From: a virus
Length of the DNA stretch: 64,000 nucleotides
Direction: 5' to 3' (one strand)
Virus record (IMG/VR): IMGVR_UViG_3300031519_008107
Location: 1 to 64,000 of that record
The first letter of the stretch is position 1; the number at the start of each line of letters is the position of its first letter. Below, piece by piece: positions 29,469 to 39,046 of this stretch. The notes beneath the pieces are model-generated. The model saw only the letters and a program-made list of their open reading frames with translations. It made no database searches and was not told the DNA's origin. A program made the position numbers and the translations under genes.

Positions 29469-29764
29469 TAATATATGTAGATATAGATAATACAATATGC
29501 TCCACACCAGAGTCTGGTGAATATTGGAAAGCTACACCTTTATATGAAAGGATAGCTAAGATGAATGATTTATACAACCAAGGTAATCAGATTATATATT
29601 GGACAGCAAGAGGAACAAGAACAGGCCACGATTGGAGAAAGTTAACAGAACAACAATTAGCTAAATGGTTAGTAAAATACCATCAACTACACTTAGGTAA
29701 ACCTGTATATGATTTATTTATAGATGATAAAAATATAAACAGTGAGACATTTTTTAATGAGTAA
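29465..29764 (+). CDS. minimal HAD phosphatase
   Basis: DIDNT, WTARG, GKP..D.FIDDK. Confidence 0.85.
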   Translation: MIIYVDIDNTICSTPESGEYWKATPLYERIAKMNDLYNQGNQIIYWTARGTRTGHDWRKLTEQQLAKWLVKYHQLHLGKPVYDLFIDDKNINSETFFNE

Positions 29765-30725
29765 AACAGCTTTAGTTCTAGGTGCTGGTGGTTTTATAGG
29801 TTCGCACTTAGTTAAAAAACTTAAATCCGAAGGATACTGGGTTCGTGGAGTAGATCTTAAACATCCTGAGTTTTCTGAAACAGAAGCAGATGAATTTATT
29901 ATCGGTGATTTAAGAGATCTTTCTGTGGTGGATAATGCTATCACTCATCCCCAAATATTTAATGAAGTTTATCAATTAGCTGCTGATATGGGTGGTGCTG
30001 GATATATTTTTACGGGAGATAATGATTATAGTATCATGCACAACTCAGCGCAAATTAATTTAAATGTTAGTAATATGTTGATTGGTCGAGGAATACGAAA
30101 TATATTTTATAGTAGTAGTGCTTGCATGTATCCATCCTATAATCAGTTAGATCCAGATAATCCTAGATGTCATGAAGATTCTGCTTATCCTGCTAGTCCT
30201 GATAGTGAATACGGCTGGGAAAAATTATTTAGTGAAAGATTATATCTATCAGCCAAAAGGAATTATTCTGTCAATACGCATATTGCTAGATTTCATAATA
30301 TTTTTGGACCAGAAGGTGCGTGGCATGGAGGTAGAGAAAAAGCACCAGCAGCATTGTGCCGTAAAGTCGCCAAAGCTAAAGACAATACATCTATAGAAGT
30401 TTGGGGAAGCGGGAAACAGACAAGATCTTTTCTGTATATTGATGAGTGTATAGAAGGTGTGCTAAAATTAACCCGGTCAAATTTCTGTGGACCTGTTAAT
30501 ATTGGTTCAACAGAGATGTTGAGCATCAATGACTTTGCAAAATTAATTATAGACATTTCTGGGAAAACACTTAATATAAGAAATATTCGTGGTCCGGTAG
30601 GTGTCAATGGCCGCAATTCTGATAATAGACTAATTAGAGAACAGCTTAACTGGGAGCCTTCACTACCTTTAAGAACAGGTTTAGAAAAAACATATCAATG
30701 GATAAGAAGTCAAATAAAGAATTAG
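29757..30725 (+). CDS. GDP-mannose 3,5-epimerase (GME-type SDR)
   Basis: LAADMGGAG, YSSSAC.YP, YGWEK, GGREKAPAA.CRK, GV.GRNSDN. Confidence 0.9.
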   Translation: MSKTALVLGAGGFIGSHLVKKLKSEGYWVRGVDLKHPEFSETEADEFIIGDLRDLSVVDNAITHPQIFNEVYQLAADMGGAGYIFTGDNDYSIMHNSAQINLNVSNMLIGRGIRNIFYSSSACMYPSYNQLDPDNPRCHEDSAYPASPDSEYGWEKLFSERLYLSAKRNYSVNTHIARFHNIFGPEGAWHGGREKAPAALCRKVAKAKDNTSIEVWGSGKQTRSFLYIDECIEGVLKLTRSNFCGPVNIGSTEMLSINDFAKLIIDISGKTLNIRNIRGPVGVNGRNSDNRLIREQLNWEPSLPLRTGLEKTYQWIRSQIKN

Positions 30726-31960
30726 AACATTTTATAAAACACGTTTCTATTCCACCAGAACAAGCTCTGAAAAGTTATGTAGAACACGACTGGAATATTA
30801 CAGAGCTTCAAAATTATCTTTCTACATTTAATTATAGAGAATATAAACTGCATGAACTATTAGTAAAAACTAGTCTCGCTATATGCAAATCTAAAGGTCT
30901 ATTCCCATTACATAATTTTATTCGTGAAATTTATAAGGATACATATAATCTATCAGAATTTGAGTATCTAACTATTTTTGAGTATGAAATTCCTAAAGGC
31001 TTGAAAAATGTAGTTAACTCATACAGCACTAAATTTAGTGGTGGAATTGGAGATTTTTTAAGAGGCTCTATATATCTTTATGACAAACTTAAAGATAAAG
31101 ATGTGAACTTTTATATTGACTTTAGGCATCATCCTATGGGTAAATATATAAAAACATCATGCGATTTGGACTATACGCCAGATAATATTATAGACTTAGA
31201 AATCGAATCGGATATTAATAAGAATGGACTGCCTTGGTCTTTACAACTTAATTCTACATTAAGAAATTTAATTAATTTTTGTCCAGATGAAACTGTTACT
31301 CTAAGCTCATTTTTCTCCGATGTTTTACTAGTCCCTAATTATCAATCTAATGCCACGGTATATCTTGAAAAGTTCTGTCCATCAGAGGCTTGTAGTAGCT
31401 TTTTCCGTGATAATATTAAATTCGACACCTCTATAGAGACACTATTTAATCTGGGCGTTAAAGCTAAGATTCCAGACGATTATGAGGTGATTCACTTTAG
31501 GCTGGGTGATATGCAAATATTAACTAATTTAAAAGAGCAAATGAAAAGCTATTCAGCATCTATACAGCAAAATAGCAATTATCGTGATTTTAATCATAGC
31601 TATGAAACATACTATCAGATCATTGTTAACCACTTAAAAACCATTGATTGTAAAAATTTGGTAGTGATGTCAGACTGCAATGAATTTAAACAATATATAT
31701 TAGAACACAATAAAGACGAGAATATTCATGTATTACATACACAGAGCTGTCATACTTCATACGCTCCATCAACATTAACTTTTACAGACTTTCAGAACGC
31801 AGACATTCAAGACGAAAAGTTATTATATACTGCTCTTGATATTAAGATACTTTCACAAAGCAAAAAGAATACCTCTCACAGCGTTTATGATTGGGGTTCT
31901 GGCTTTGTCTACTGGATTAGCAAAATTTTTAATATCCCTTGCAGCATACAAAAATTATGA
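30698..31960 (+). CDS. NodZ/GT23-like GDP-sugar (fucosyl-type) transferase
   Basis: GGIGDFLRG, IHFRLGD, VMSD, D...L, SGF. Confidence 0.65.
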   Translation: MDKKSNKELEHFIKHVSIPPEQALKSYVEHDWNITELQNYLSTFNYREYKLHELLVKTSLAICKSKGLFPLHNFIREIYKDTYNLSEFEYLTIFEYEIPKGLKNVVNSYSTKFSGGIGDFLRGSIYLYDKLKDKDVNFYIDFRHHPMGKYIKTSCDLDYTPDNIIDLEIESDINKNGLPWSLQLNSTLRNLINFCPDETVTLSSFFSDVLLVPNYQSNATVYLEKFCPSEACSSFFRDNIKFDTSIETLFNLGVKAKIPDDYEVIHFRLGDMQILTNLKEQMKSYSASIQQNSNYRDFNHSYETYYQIIVNHLKTIDCKNLVVMSDCNEFKQYILEHNKDENIHVLHTQSCHTSYAPSTLTFTDFQNADIQDEKLLYTALDIKILSQSKKNTSHSVYDWGSGFVYWISKIFNIPCSIQKL

Positions 31961-32793
31961 CAAATCTGATTTCTATCTTTGGCTCTAGTGGTTTTATAGG
32001 AGATCAATTCGTTTACTCTTATGGAGGTTATCCTGTTGCAAGAAATGGTGATTCTCCTTTGCATGATAGCGATGTTTTATATTTAATTAGTACAAATCAT
32101 AATTACAATATTTTTGATAATCCATTTATAGACATAAAAACCAACTTAATTAAATTAGTACAAGTATTAGAACGTTTTAAGGAATTATGTCCCAACAATG
32201 TTTTTAATTTTATAAGCTCTTGGTTTGTATACGGAGATACAGAGTATCCTGCAAAAGAAGATAGTTACTGCAACCCTAAAGGCTTTTACTCAATAACTAA
32301 AAGAACAGCGGAACAACTGATAATCTCTTACTGCAATACATTTAATTTAAATTATAGAATACTAAGACTATGTAATGTATATGGAGAGCATGCTACTAAT
32401 GTTTCTAGTAAAAGAAACGCATTGCAATTTATGATAAAACAGATAATTGATAATAAAGACATTAAATTATATAATGGAGGATCTGACGTTCGTGATTTTA
32501 TGCATGTAGAAGATGTTTGCAGGGCTATAAAATTGTGTGTTGACAAAGCATCAAAAAATACAATAATAAATATCGGGAGTGGGATACCTCAAGATTTTAA
32601 ATCTATAATGGAATATACGAAGATGAAAACAAACTCTAGATCTAACTTTATTGATATTGAACCTCCTGAGTTTCATAAGATTGCACAAGTCAAAGATATG
32701 TTTTTAGATGTGAACAAATTAAAAAGTCTAGGTTTTGAACAGCAAATCTCTATACATGATGGCATAGATAGAATTTGCAAATATCATGAATAA
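31957..32793 (+). CDS. NAD-dependent epimerase/dehydratase
   Basis: GSSGFIG, ISS..VYG, YSITK, RL.NVYG, RDF.HV.D. Confidence 0.88.
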   Translation: MTNLISIFGSSGFIGDQFVYSYGGYPVARNGDSPLHDSDVLYLISTNHNYNIFDNPFIDIKTNLIKLVQVLERFKELCPNNVFNFISSWFVYGDTEYPAKEDSYCNPKGFYSITKRTAEQLIISYCNTFNLNYRILRLCNVYGEHATNVSSKRNALQFMIKQIIDNKDIKLYNGGSDVRDFMHVEDVCRAIKLCVDKASKNTIINIGSGIPQDFKSIMEYTKMKTNSRSNFIDIEPPEFHKIAQVKDMFLDVNKLKSLGFEQQISIHDGIDRICKYHE

Positions 32794-33889
32794 TAATTAT
32801 ACAACCTTTTCGGGTGACAATCCGTTTGCAACGCAAGCAAAAATGCTACTGCATTTAGATAAGCTACATCAGTATACTACTCACGGTGATACTGATTGTC
32901 CTATTTTTATGGAAGTAGGTCTGACAGATAAGTGCAATATGGCCTGTTATTGGTGCATTACAGAATTAGGGAGAGATAATAAAGCTGGATTGCACATCAG
33001 TATAGATGCTCTTAAAAAGTATTTTATAGACTTTGCTAACATGGGAGGTAAAGCTGTAACATTTGCTGGTCAGGGTGAACCTACATTTTATCCTCACTTT
33101 GAAGAGGCTGTTATATCAGCCAAAAAAGCTGGTCTAGAATTAGGAATGATGACCAATGCTGTATTCAAAACTAAATACTGTCAATTGATAGCCGAAAACT
33201 TTAACTGGATTCGTATTTCTCTTGACACCTTAGATGAACAAAAATACAAAGAATGGAAAGAGGTTGATGGTGTTAAGGTTATTAAAAGAAATATTGAAAC
33301 AATGCGTGGAATGGGTGATTGTCGTATTGGTATTAATTGTAATGTTGGTCCTAATATCTCTATGCGACATGCTGAGGATTTAGTTAATTGGGTAAATGAA
33401 AGTGATAATATATCATATTTACAATTTAGACCTATCCTTCCAAGATTTTACAAAGAAGCGGAAACAGCATATAAAGAAACTGGCACAGCAGAAATTAATA
33501 TAGAAGTGTGGGATTATCTAGACCATCTGCCTAAAGAACAAATGAAAAAGATCAACCTCAGTGATGATAAACGAAGAGACTTACAAAACGGTACAGCATT
33601 TTCTTTTAGAAGTTGTGAGGGTCATTTTTTTGAACCAATATTAACAGCGGCAGGAGATGTAAAAGTTTGCACATATCATCCTGACGACCCCAAATTATCA
33701 TTCGGTAATATTAATACAGATTCCTTTAAAGATATTTGGCAGTCAGAACAACGTAAAGAAGCAATAAAATATGTTAGATCTCTGAATTATAAAGAAAAAT
33801 GTCAGGTGTGTTGTAAATTATGTGAACCAAATAAGTTATTGGATTTTATTAATCATCCAGAAGAAACTCAGGATAAAAATTTCTTATGA
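32786..33889 (+). CDS. radical SAM / SPASM-domain enzyme
   Basis: CNMACYWC, GQGEP, C-terminal C..G.V..C..FGNI....F..IW..CxxC. Confidence 0.92.
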   Translation: MNNNYTTFSGDNPFATQAKMLLHLDKLHQYTTHGDTDCPIFMEVGLTDKCNMACYWCITELGRDNKAGLHISIDALKKYFIDFANMGGKAVTFAGQGEPTFYPHFEEAVISAKKAGLELGMMTNAVFKTKYCQLIAENFNWIRISLDTLDEQKYKEWKEVDGVKVIKRNIETMRGMGDCRIGINCNVGPNISMRHAEDLVNWVNESDNISYLQFRPILPRFYKEAETAYKETGTAEINIEVWDYLDHLPKEQMKKINLSDDKRRDLQNGTAFSFRSCEGHFFEPILTAAGDVKVCTYHPDDPKLSFGNINTDSFKDIWQSEQRKEAIKYVRSLNYKEKCQVCCKLCEPNKLLDFINHPEETQDKNFL

Positions 33890-34677
33890 GTAAAACCAAT
33901 AAAGTAGCTTGTTTTTACACATCGCTAAAAAATAATGAGGGGACTATGGCATTTACAGAACAATGCTATCCTATGATTGATTATTGGAAGAAAAGCTGGG
34001 AAACAAATGGATGGGAAGCTTTTGTTTTAAGCGAAGAAGATATTGAAAAAGACGAGGATTATTTTACTCTAAAATTTGATAAGTTCGAAGAATCTAATTT
34101 ATGTAAATACACTATAGACTGGGACTGTGAATATTCTAGATCATGTTATCTTAGATGGTTAGCTTATCATCAGTTTGCTAAAAAACACGGAGACATTTTT
34201 TGGTGTGATTATGATATTATTAATTATGGGTTAAGTCCATATAATAGAATTTTACCAAATCATGCGCTTATAGGCTGTAATTCAGCAGGCAGAATGGTCG
34301 ATCCTTTTGGTCAAAAGATTATAAACACATTCATTGAAGTAGAAAATGAAGAATATGATTTTAAGACTTTAGCGAAAATTATTAACTTCCATGATGATCG
34401 TGTGAAAATTAGTGATATGTTTATTACACAAAATCTTGCTAAGATAAGATTGTCTAAACCACATTTAGGTCGAGTCGCTAATGAAACCATTGTAGGTTCG
34501 CAGGAGTTACCCTTCTTAATTCATTACCATAATGGCATTTACAATAAACCAAGACCAAAAGAAAAACAACTAACAGACTTTTCACCTCTGCTATTTAAAC
34601 CAAATGATGATAAGTATTCTAGATTAGAATGTATAAAAATTCTAGAAAAACAACACGGACTTGAACACTATGGATGA
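33886..34677 (+). CDS. putative GT-A glycosyltransferase
   Basis: W..SW...GW, CYLRW.A, DYD (DxD), SDM. Confidence 0.55.
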   Translation: MSKTNKVACFYTSLKNNEGTMAFTEQCYPMIDYWKKSWETNGWEAFVLSEEDIEKDEDYFTLKFDKFEESNLCKYTIDWDCEYSRSCYLRWLAYHQFAKKHGDIFWCDYDIINYGLSPYNRILPNHALIGCNSAGRMVDPFGQKIINTFIEVENEEYDFKTLAKIINFHDDRVKISDMFITQNLAKIRLSKPHLGRVANETIVGSQELPFLIHYHNGIYNKPRPKEKQLTDFSPLLFKPNDDKYSRLECIKILEKQHGLEHYG

Positions 34678-36346
34678 TATAGAAACATTTTTAAAAAAGA
34701 ACGAAGTCCCAGACAGTTTCGATGAAGCTTTCTATATGGAGCGTTATGAAAAAGTATCAAGCTATTATGAACCATATTGTTCGGAAAATGGGATTACGGA
34801 TAAACAAAGACTTTATCATCATTATATATATTACGGCCAACAGATGGGTTTTCAACCACACCCTCGTAAACAAATAAAACAATATGAAGAATTTGACGCA
34901 GAAATATTAAATGAGCCAATATCTCTGGTTGTTGGATGCAAAGACAGAGAAAATATGTTGAGTGTTAGTTTAAGGTCTTGGATTTTACATGACATTATTA
35001 AAGAAATTATTATCGTAGATTGGGGTTCTAAAAAAAGTTTAAAACATTTAGAAAAGGTAGATCCTCGAATCAGAGTTATCCGTGTTGCTAAAAGAAAATA
35101 CTATAATGCAAGCAAGCCTATTAATATGGCTATCAAGACAGCTAAACATGACAAGATTTTAAAAATGGATGTAGATTACATTCTTAATCCTTATCTACCA
35201 CTAGCTAGTTTGATAGATATAAAAAAGGGAGAGTTCGTAGCAGGTGACTGGAGACAGCGACATTTTGATAATCGTCTAGGTTTTATTCAAAATCTAAACG
35301 GTATAATTTGCTCTCATAGAGATTTATTTATAAAAGCTGGGCTGTATAACGAAAAAATTAATAATTATGGCAGAGAAGATTGTGAGATGTTTGAACGTCT
35401 TGAAGCGGCTGGTGGTATTAGAAAACATATAGCATTTTCCAAAGATCATGTTCCTGTATATCATAATCCACACAATGTAAAAGTCAGAGGCAGAAACAGA
35501 CCAAACCCAGACGTTATATCTACAATGATGTACTTTGAAAAGAAGTTTGGAACTAAAAACTTTGAATTAATAATAAATGTTTATAGAGACAAAGATCCCA
35601 AGAGACGAAAAGAAATACTTGATTGCTTAAAACAGAACTTAAAAAATAAATACATAGAACATGTTCATATATTTCTTGAGGATTATGGATCTGGAATCTG
35701 GACACAGAAAAAATTTCCAGAATTTTATAGAATTTTAAACAAATATAAAAACAAGATTACTGTCATAAATGTGGACAAGCGTGTATCTTTTAGAAGAATT
35801 TTTGATTACTGTAACGAGAACATATCTAATAAACAATGTATAGTAGCTAATAATGATATATTGTTCACGAATGATTTGGGTAAGATAAGAGGGGTTAAAC
35901 CTCATGACTTTATAGCTCTAACCAGACATGAAGGTGATAAGCTAATCAAAAACACTAATAGAGAAGCATTTTGTTCACAAGACGCTTGGATTTTCACTAG
36001 TCCAATGGTTGACGATTTAGAAGATATTAAAGACGACACGCTGATTGGCACATTCTTTTCAGATCATATTATAAACTATATGCTGTATCGTGGTCATCAA
36101 TATAATGCTTGGAATATATGTAAAGATATAAAAATTATACATATGCACGAACATGGTACGCCTGACCATAAGAAGTATACAAAGCGTGAAGGAGAAGCAA
36201 TAAAAAATGAATACTGCAATAAATATGGAGATGATGAGTTCTTGCAAATGTTAGTGGCGACAGAAATAGAAGACTACTATCAATCTGAAAAATCTAATTA
36301 CTTTATTACATGGCCTGATTTTGAATTAAATGATTATAAGTACTGA
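34670..36346 (+). CDS. multidomain glycosyltransferase (N-terminal FD..FY domain + GT2/GT7-like + second GT-like domain)
   Basis: IVDWGS, DVD, YNE....YG.ED; C-terminal IVANNDI, ALTR, SQDAWIF. Confidence 0.75.
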   Translation: MDDIETFLKKNEVPDSFDEAFYMERYEKVSSYYEPYCSENGITDKQRLYHHYIYYGQQMGFQPHPRKQIKQYEEFDAEILNEPISLVVGCKDRENMLSVSLRSWILHDIIKEIIIVDWGSKKSLKHLEKVDPRIRVIRVAKRKYYNASKPINMAIKTAKHDKILKMDVDYILNPYLPLASLIDIKKGEFVAGDWRQRHFDNRLGFIQNLNGIICSHRDLFIKAGLYNEKINNYGREDCEMFERLEAAGGIRKHIAFSKDHVPVYHNPHNVKVRGRNRPNPDVISTMMYFEKKFGTKNFELIINVYRDKDPKRRKEILDCLKQNLKNKYIEHVHIFLEDYGSGIWTQKKFPEFYRILNKYKNKITVINVDKRVSFRRIFDYCNENISNKQCIVANNDILFTNDLGKIRGVKPHDFIALTRHEGDKLIKNTNREAFCSQDAWIFTSPMVDDLEDIKDDTLIGTFFSDHIINYMLYRGHQYNAWNICKDIKIIHMHEHGTPDHKKYTKREGEAIKNEYCNKYGDDEFLQMLVATEIEDYYQSEKSNYFITWPDFELNDYKY

Positions 36347-37016
36347 CCATAAAATTATATATCTTTCTAACTGTAAGTGCGCCAGTAGTTGCATTAGACA
36401 AAGATTTATGCCTATTAATAATAAAAAACTTGTGGAGAAAGTTCAAAATTGCGGACTAGGCAATCCACATATGCCATATTCCAAAGTTTTAAAAGCTTTA
36501 GAACAGGAAAATATAGATACTGATGGATTCTTTCTTTTCTCAACTATCAGAAATCCTTGGGAAAGGATAGTAAGTTTATATAAATACGCCAAACCTGATA
36601 AAAACGGTGTGCCTTTTTGGAGTACAAAATTTGGAGTCGAACGTATTGAGGGTACAGAATGTAATTTTGAAGATTTTGTGCTACATGGTTTATACTTCAA
36701 TTACAATAGAACTGCTGGCTCATTTGTTTTTGCTTGTAGAAATGTACAAGATATGTTTGGTGAAGACTATAGTAAATTTAAATTATATAAAAGTGAAGAA
36801 CTAGATATAAACAAAATCATGGATGATATAAATGATCCTAGTCTTGAGAATAAAGTAGACAGAGCAGAGTTAAAAATTGTAGACTCTAATCAATGGCATG
36901 TTACTAAACCAAAACGAGACAGCGAAAATTATAGAGAATATTATAATGATGATCTGCGAGACATAATAGCAAATCACTACAAGCTAGACATAGAGATAGG
37001 AGAATATAAGTTTTGA
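36330..37016 (+). CDS. sulfotransferase family 2 protein
   Basis: KCASS (5'-PSB), RNPWER.VS (3'-PB), Y..YY..D..Y.F. Confidence 0.82.
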   Translation: MIISTDHKIIYLSNCKCASSCIRQRFMPINNKKLVEKVQNCGLGNPHMPYSKVLKALEQENIDTDGFFLFSTIRNPWERIVSLYKYAKPDKNGVPFWSTKFGVERIEGTECNFEDFVLHGLYFNYNRTAGSFVFACRNVQDMFGEDYSKFKLYKSEELDINKIMDDINDPSLENKVDRAELKIVDSNQWHVTKPKRDSENYREYYNDDLRDIIANHYKLDIEIGEYKF

Positions 37017-37684
37017 TAGTATCACACTCTAATAAATTTATATATATAAAAGGAGTAAAAGTTGCTAGCACTTCTACGGAAATATTCTTTGAACAATTTT
37101 GTAACGAAAAAGACATAATAGGATACAGAGGTAAACACCCTATTCCAGATGGTTGTGAGTGGTACAATCACATGAACCCTCAACAAATAAAGGAAAAACT
37201 AAACAATGACCATGTATGGAAAGAATATTTTAAATTCGGCTGCATTAGAAATCCTTGGGATAGGGTTGTGTCTGAGTACTTTTGGTTAAAAGAAAAACTT
37301 AAGTATGATCCGTACTGGTATAAAAGAACAGACAAATGGAAACTGGAAGTTGAGATGCTTGTAAAATTACCATTTGAAGATTATTGTACACAACGGACAA
37401 TAAGACAGAGTTTTTTCTGTTTAAGTCTATATAAGTTCTATCGATTAGATAAATATCATATAGATTTTTTTATAAGATTTGAACACCTATATGACGACAT
37501 ACAGATTGCTTGCGATAAGCTTTCGTTAAATTGTGATATATCAACACTACTACACCAACAAAAATCAAACCATAAACACTATACAGAATATTATACAGAT
37601 GAGACAAGAAACCAAATAGCCAAAACGTATAAAGACGATATAGACTTTTTTAATTATAAATTCGGTGACTACACCTATGATTAG
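37013..37684 (+). CDS. sulfotransferase family 2 protein
   Basis: KVASTS, RNPWDR.VS, RFE.L..D, Y.EYY..DI..F.Y.F. Confidence 0.88.
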   Translation: MIVSHSNKFIYIKGVKVASTSTEIFFEQFCNEKDIIGYRGKHPIPDGCEWYNHMNPQQIKEKLNNDHVWKEYFKFGCIRNPWDRVVSEYFWLKEKLKYDPYWYKRTDKWKLEVEMLVKLPFEDYCTQRTIRQSFFCLSLYKFYRLDKYHIDFFIRFEHLYDDIQIACDKLSLNCDISTLLHQQKSNHKHYTEYYTDETRNQIAKTYKDDIDFFNYKFGDYTYD

Positions 37685-38462
37685 TGCATGGTATTGGAAT
37701 AACGATTTAGATTATCTAAACTTTGGAGAACATATAAATTGGTTGTTGTTAGATTATTTTAATATTGATTGGCAACCATTAATACTTAGAGATACAAAAA
37801 CACACACTAAAGATTGTATCCTTATAGTCGGTTCTGAATTACACAAGTCTGCAATATCTCAGTTAAGCAAATGTGTTGACAACATACACGTTTGGGGTCA
37901 AGGAAAAGGTCATGGTGAGTGCTTTGATTATAAAAATTACAACATTATACCCCATTTAGTTAGAGGTGAATTAACTAGAGATGAATTAAATTTACCTCAA
38001 GATACTCCTATAGGAGATCCGGGATTCGCCTTGCCTGCAATACAACAAATTGCTGATCATCCTAACGATAAAATATTGTACGTCCCGCACCATACACATA
38101 GACAAAATCTAAAACCTAAACGCAGACATCTAAAGTATGATGAATATGTAGATATTATATTTCACAAAAATCAATTTATACCAACTTTATATAAAATTGT
38201 AAATAGTAGATTTGTTATCACTACATCATTGCATGTATCTATAGTTTGCATGGCTTATGGTACTCCGTTTATGATTTATTTAAGACATGATGAAGGAATG
38301 AATTTTCCAAATAAATGGAAAGATGTATACGATTCTCTTGACATAAATCTCAAAGCGTGCTACAATATACAAGACGGCATGAAGTGGTGGCAAACAAATG
38401 TTCAAAATGCTACTATCCCAAATCCTAGTAACATATTAAAAACATTTCCTCATGAACTCTAA
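37677..38462 (+). CDS. polysaccharide pyruvyltransferase (ExoV-like)
   Basis: NFGE, VGS, WG.G, VRG.LT, GDPG, VPH, TSLH. Confidence 0.82.
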   Translation: MISAWYWNNDLDYLNFGEHINWLLLDYFNIDWQPLILRDTKTHTKDCILIVGSELHKSAISQLSKCVDNIHVWGQGKGHGECFDYKNYNIIPHLVRGELTRDELNLPQDTPIGDPGFALPAIQQIADHPNDKILYVPHHTHRQNLKPKRRHLKYDEYVDIIFHKNQFIPTLYKIVNSRFVITTSLHVSIVCMAYGTPFMIYLRHDEGMNFPNKWKDVYDSLDINLKACYNIQDGMKWWQTNVQNATIPNPSNILKTFPHEL

Positions 38463-38919
38463 AACAAGACCAAGTTGGACAGACTATTTTTTAGGAATTG
38501 CAAAAGTTGCATCTCAACGCAGCCATGATATTCATACTAAACATGGTTGTGTAATTACAGATCGTAATCATAGAATTTTAGGCGTTGGTTATAATGGCTT
38601 CCCTAGAGGTATGGATGACACAAAATTACCGACATCTCGTCCAGAAAAATATTGTTGGATAATCCATGCCGAAAGAAATGCTTTGTCTAATTGCGTGGTG
38701 CGTCCAGACGATGGTGTGGCGTATGTCACTGGACAATGTTGCAATGATTGTATCAAAGCTCTTTGGCAAGAGGGTATCACCGAAGTGCATATGATTGACG
38801 GACATGGTACACAATTATTTGATAATGCTGAGAAAAAACATTTTGACTTGTTTGTAAAGTCTACTAATATAGGTATATTCTATGAAACACCCGATCTGTC
38901 ATGGATAAGTAACATTTGA
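38452..38919 (+). CDS. dCMP deaminase
   Basis: RPSW..YF, GYNG.P.G, HAE.NA, CxxC (CNDC). Confidence 0.92.
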   Translation: MNSKTRPSWTDYFLGIAKVASQRSHDIHTKHGCVITDRNHRILGVGYNGFPRGMDDTKLPTSRPEKYCWIIHAERNALSNCVVRPDDGVAYVTGQCCNDCIKALWQEGITEVHMIDGHGTQLFDNAEKKHFDLFVKSTNIGIFYETPDLSWISNI

Positions 38920-38933
38920 TAATTAGGTAATGG

Positions 38934-38943
38934 GTGTATATAA
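38934..38943 (+). promoter_or_regulatory. putative phage-specific promoter GTGTATATAA
   Basis: Same 10-mer as at 12958; intergenic, upstream of the nrdJ leader. Confidence 0.6.
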
Positions 38944-39012
38944 CAACATGCAAACACAACAGAAGACAGTTATTGCTATGGCAACACCTGCGAAAAACAC
39001 ACTCTCAATACT

Positions 39013-39046
39013 AATTGATCAACTCTCTGATCAATTTTTTCTTTTT
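39013..39046 (+). terminator. terminator/attenuator-like hairpin in nrdJ leader
   Basis: AATTGATCA-ACTCTC-TGATCAATT followed by TTTTCTTTTT. Confidence 0.5.

Noticed and set aside
18658-38462. Island as a bacterial O-antigen/capsule locus, i.e. window is chromosomal
   Set aside because: No flippase, polymerase, export or initiating transferase; flanks are phage-like with similar composition and overlapping junctions
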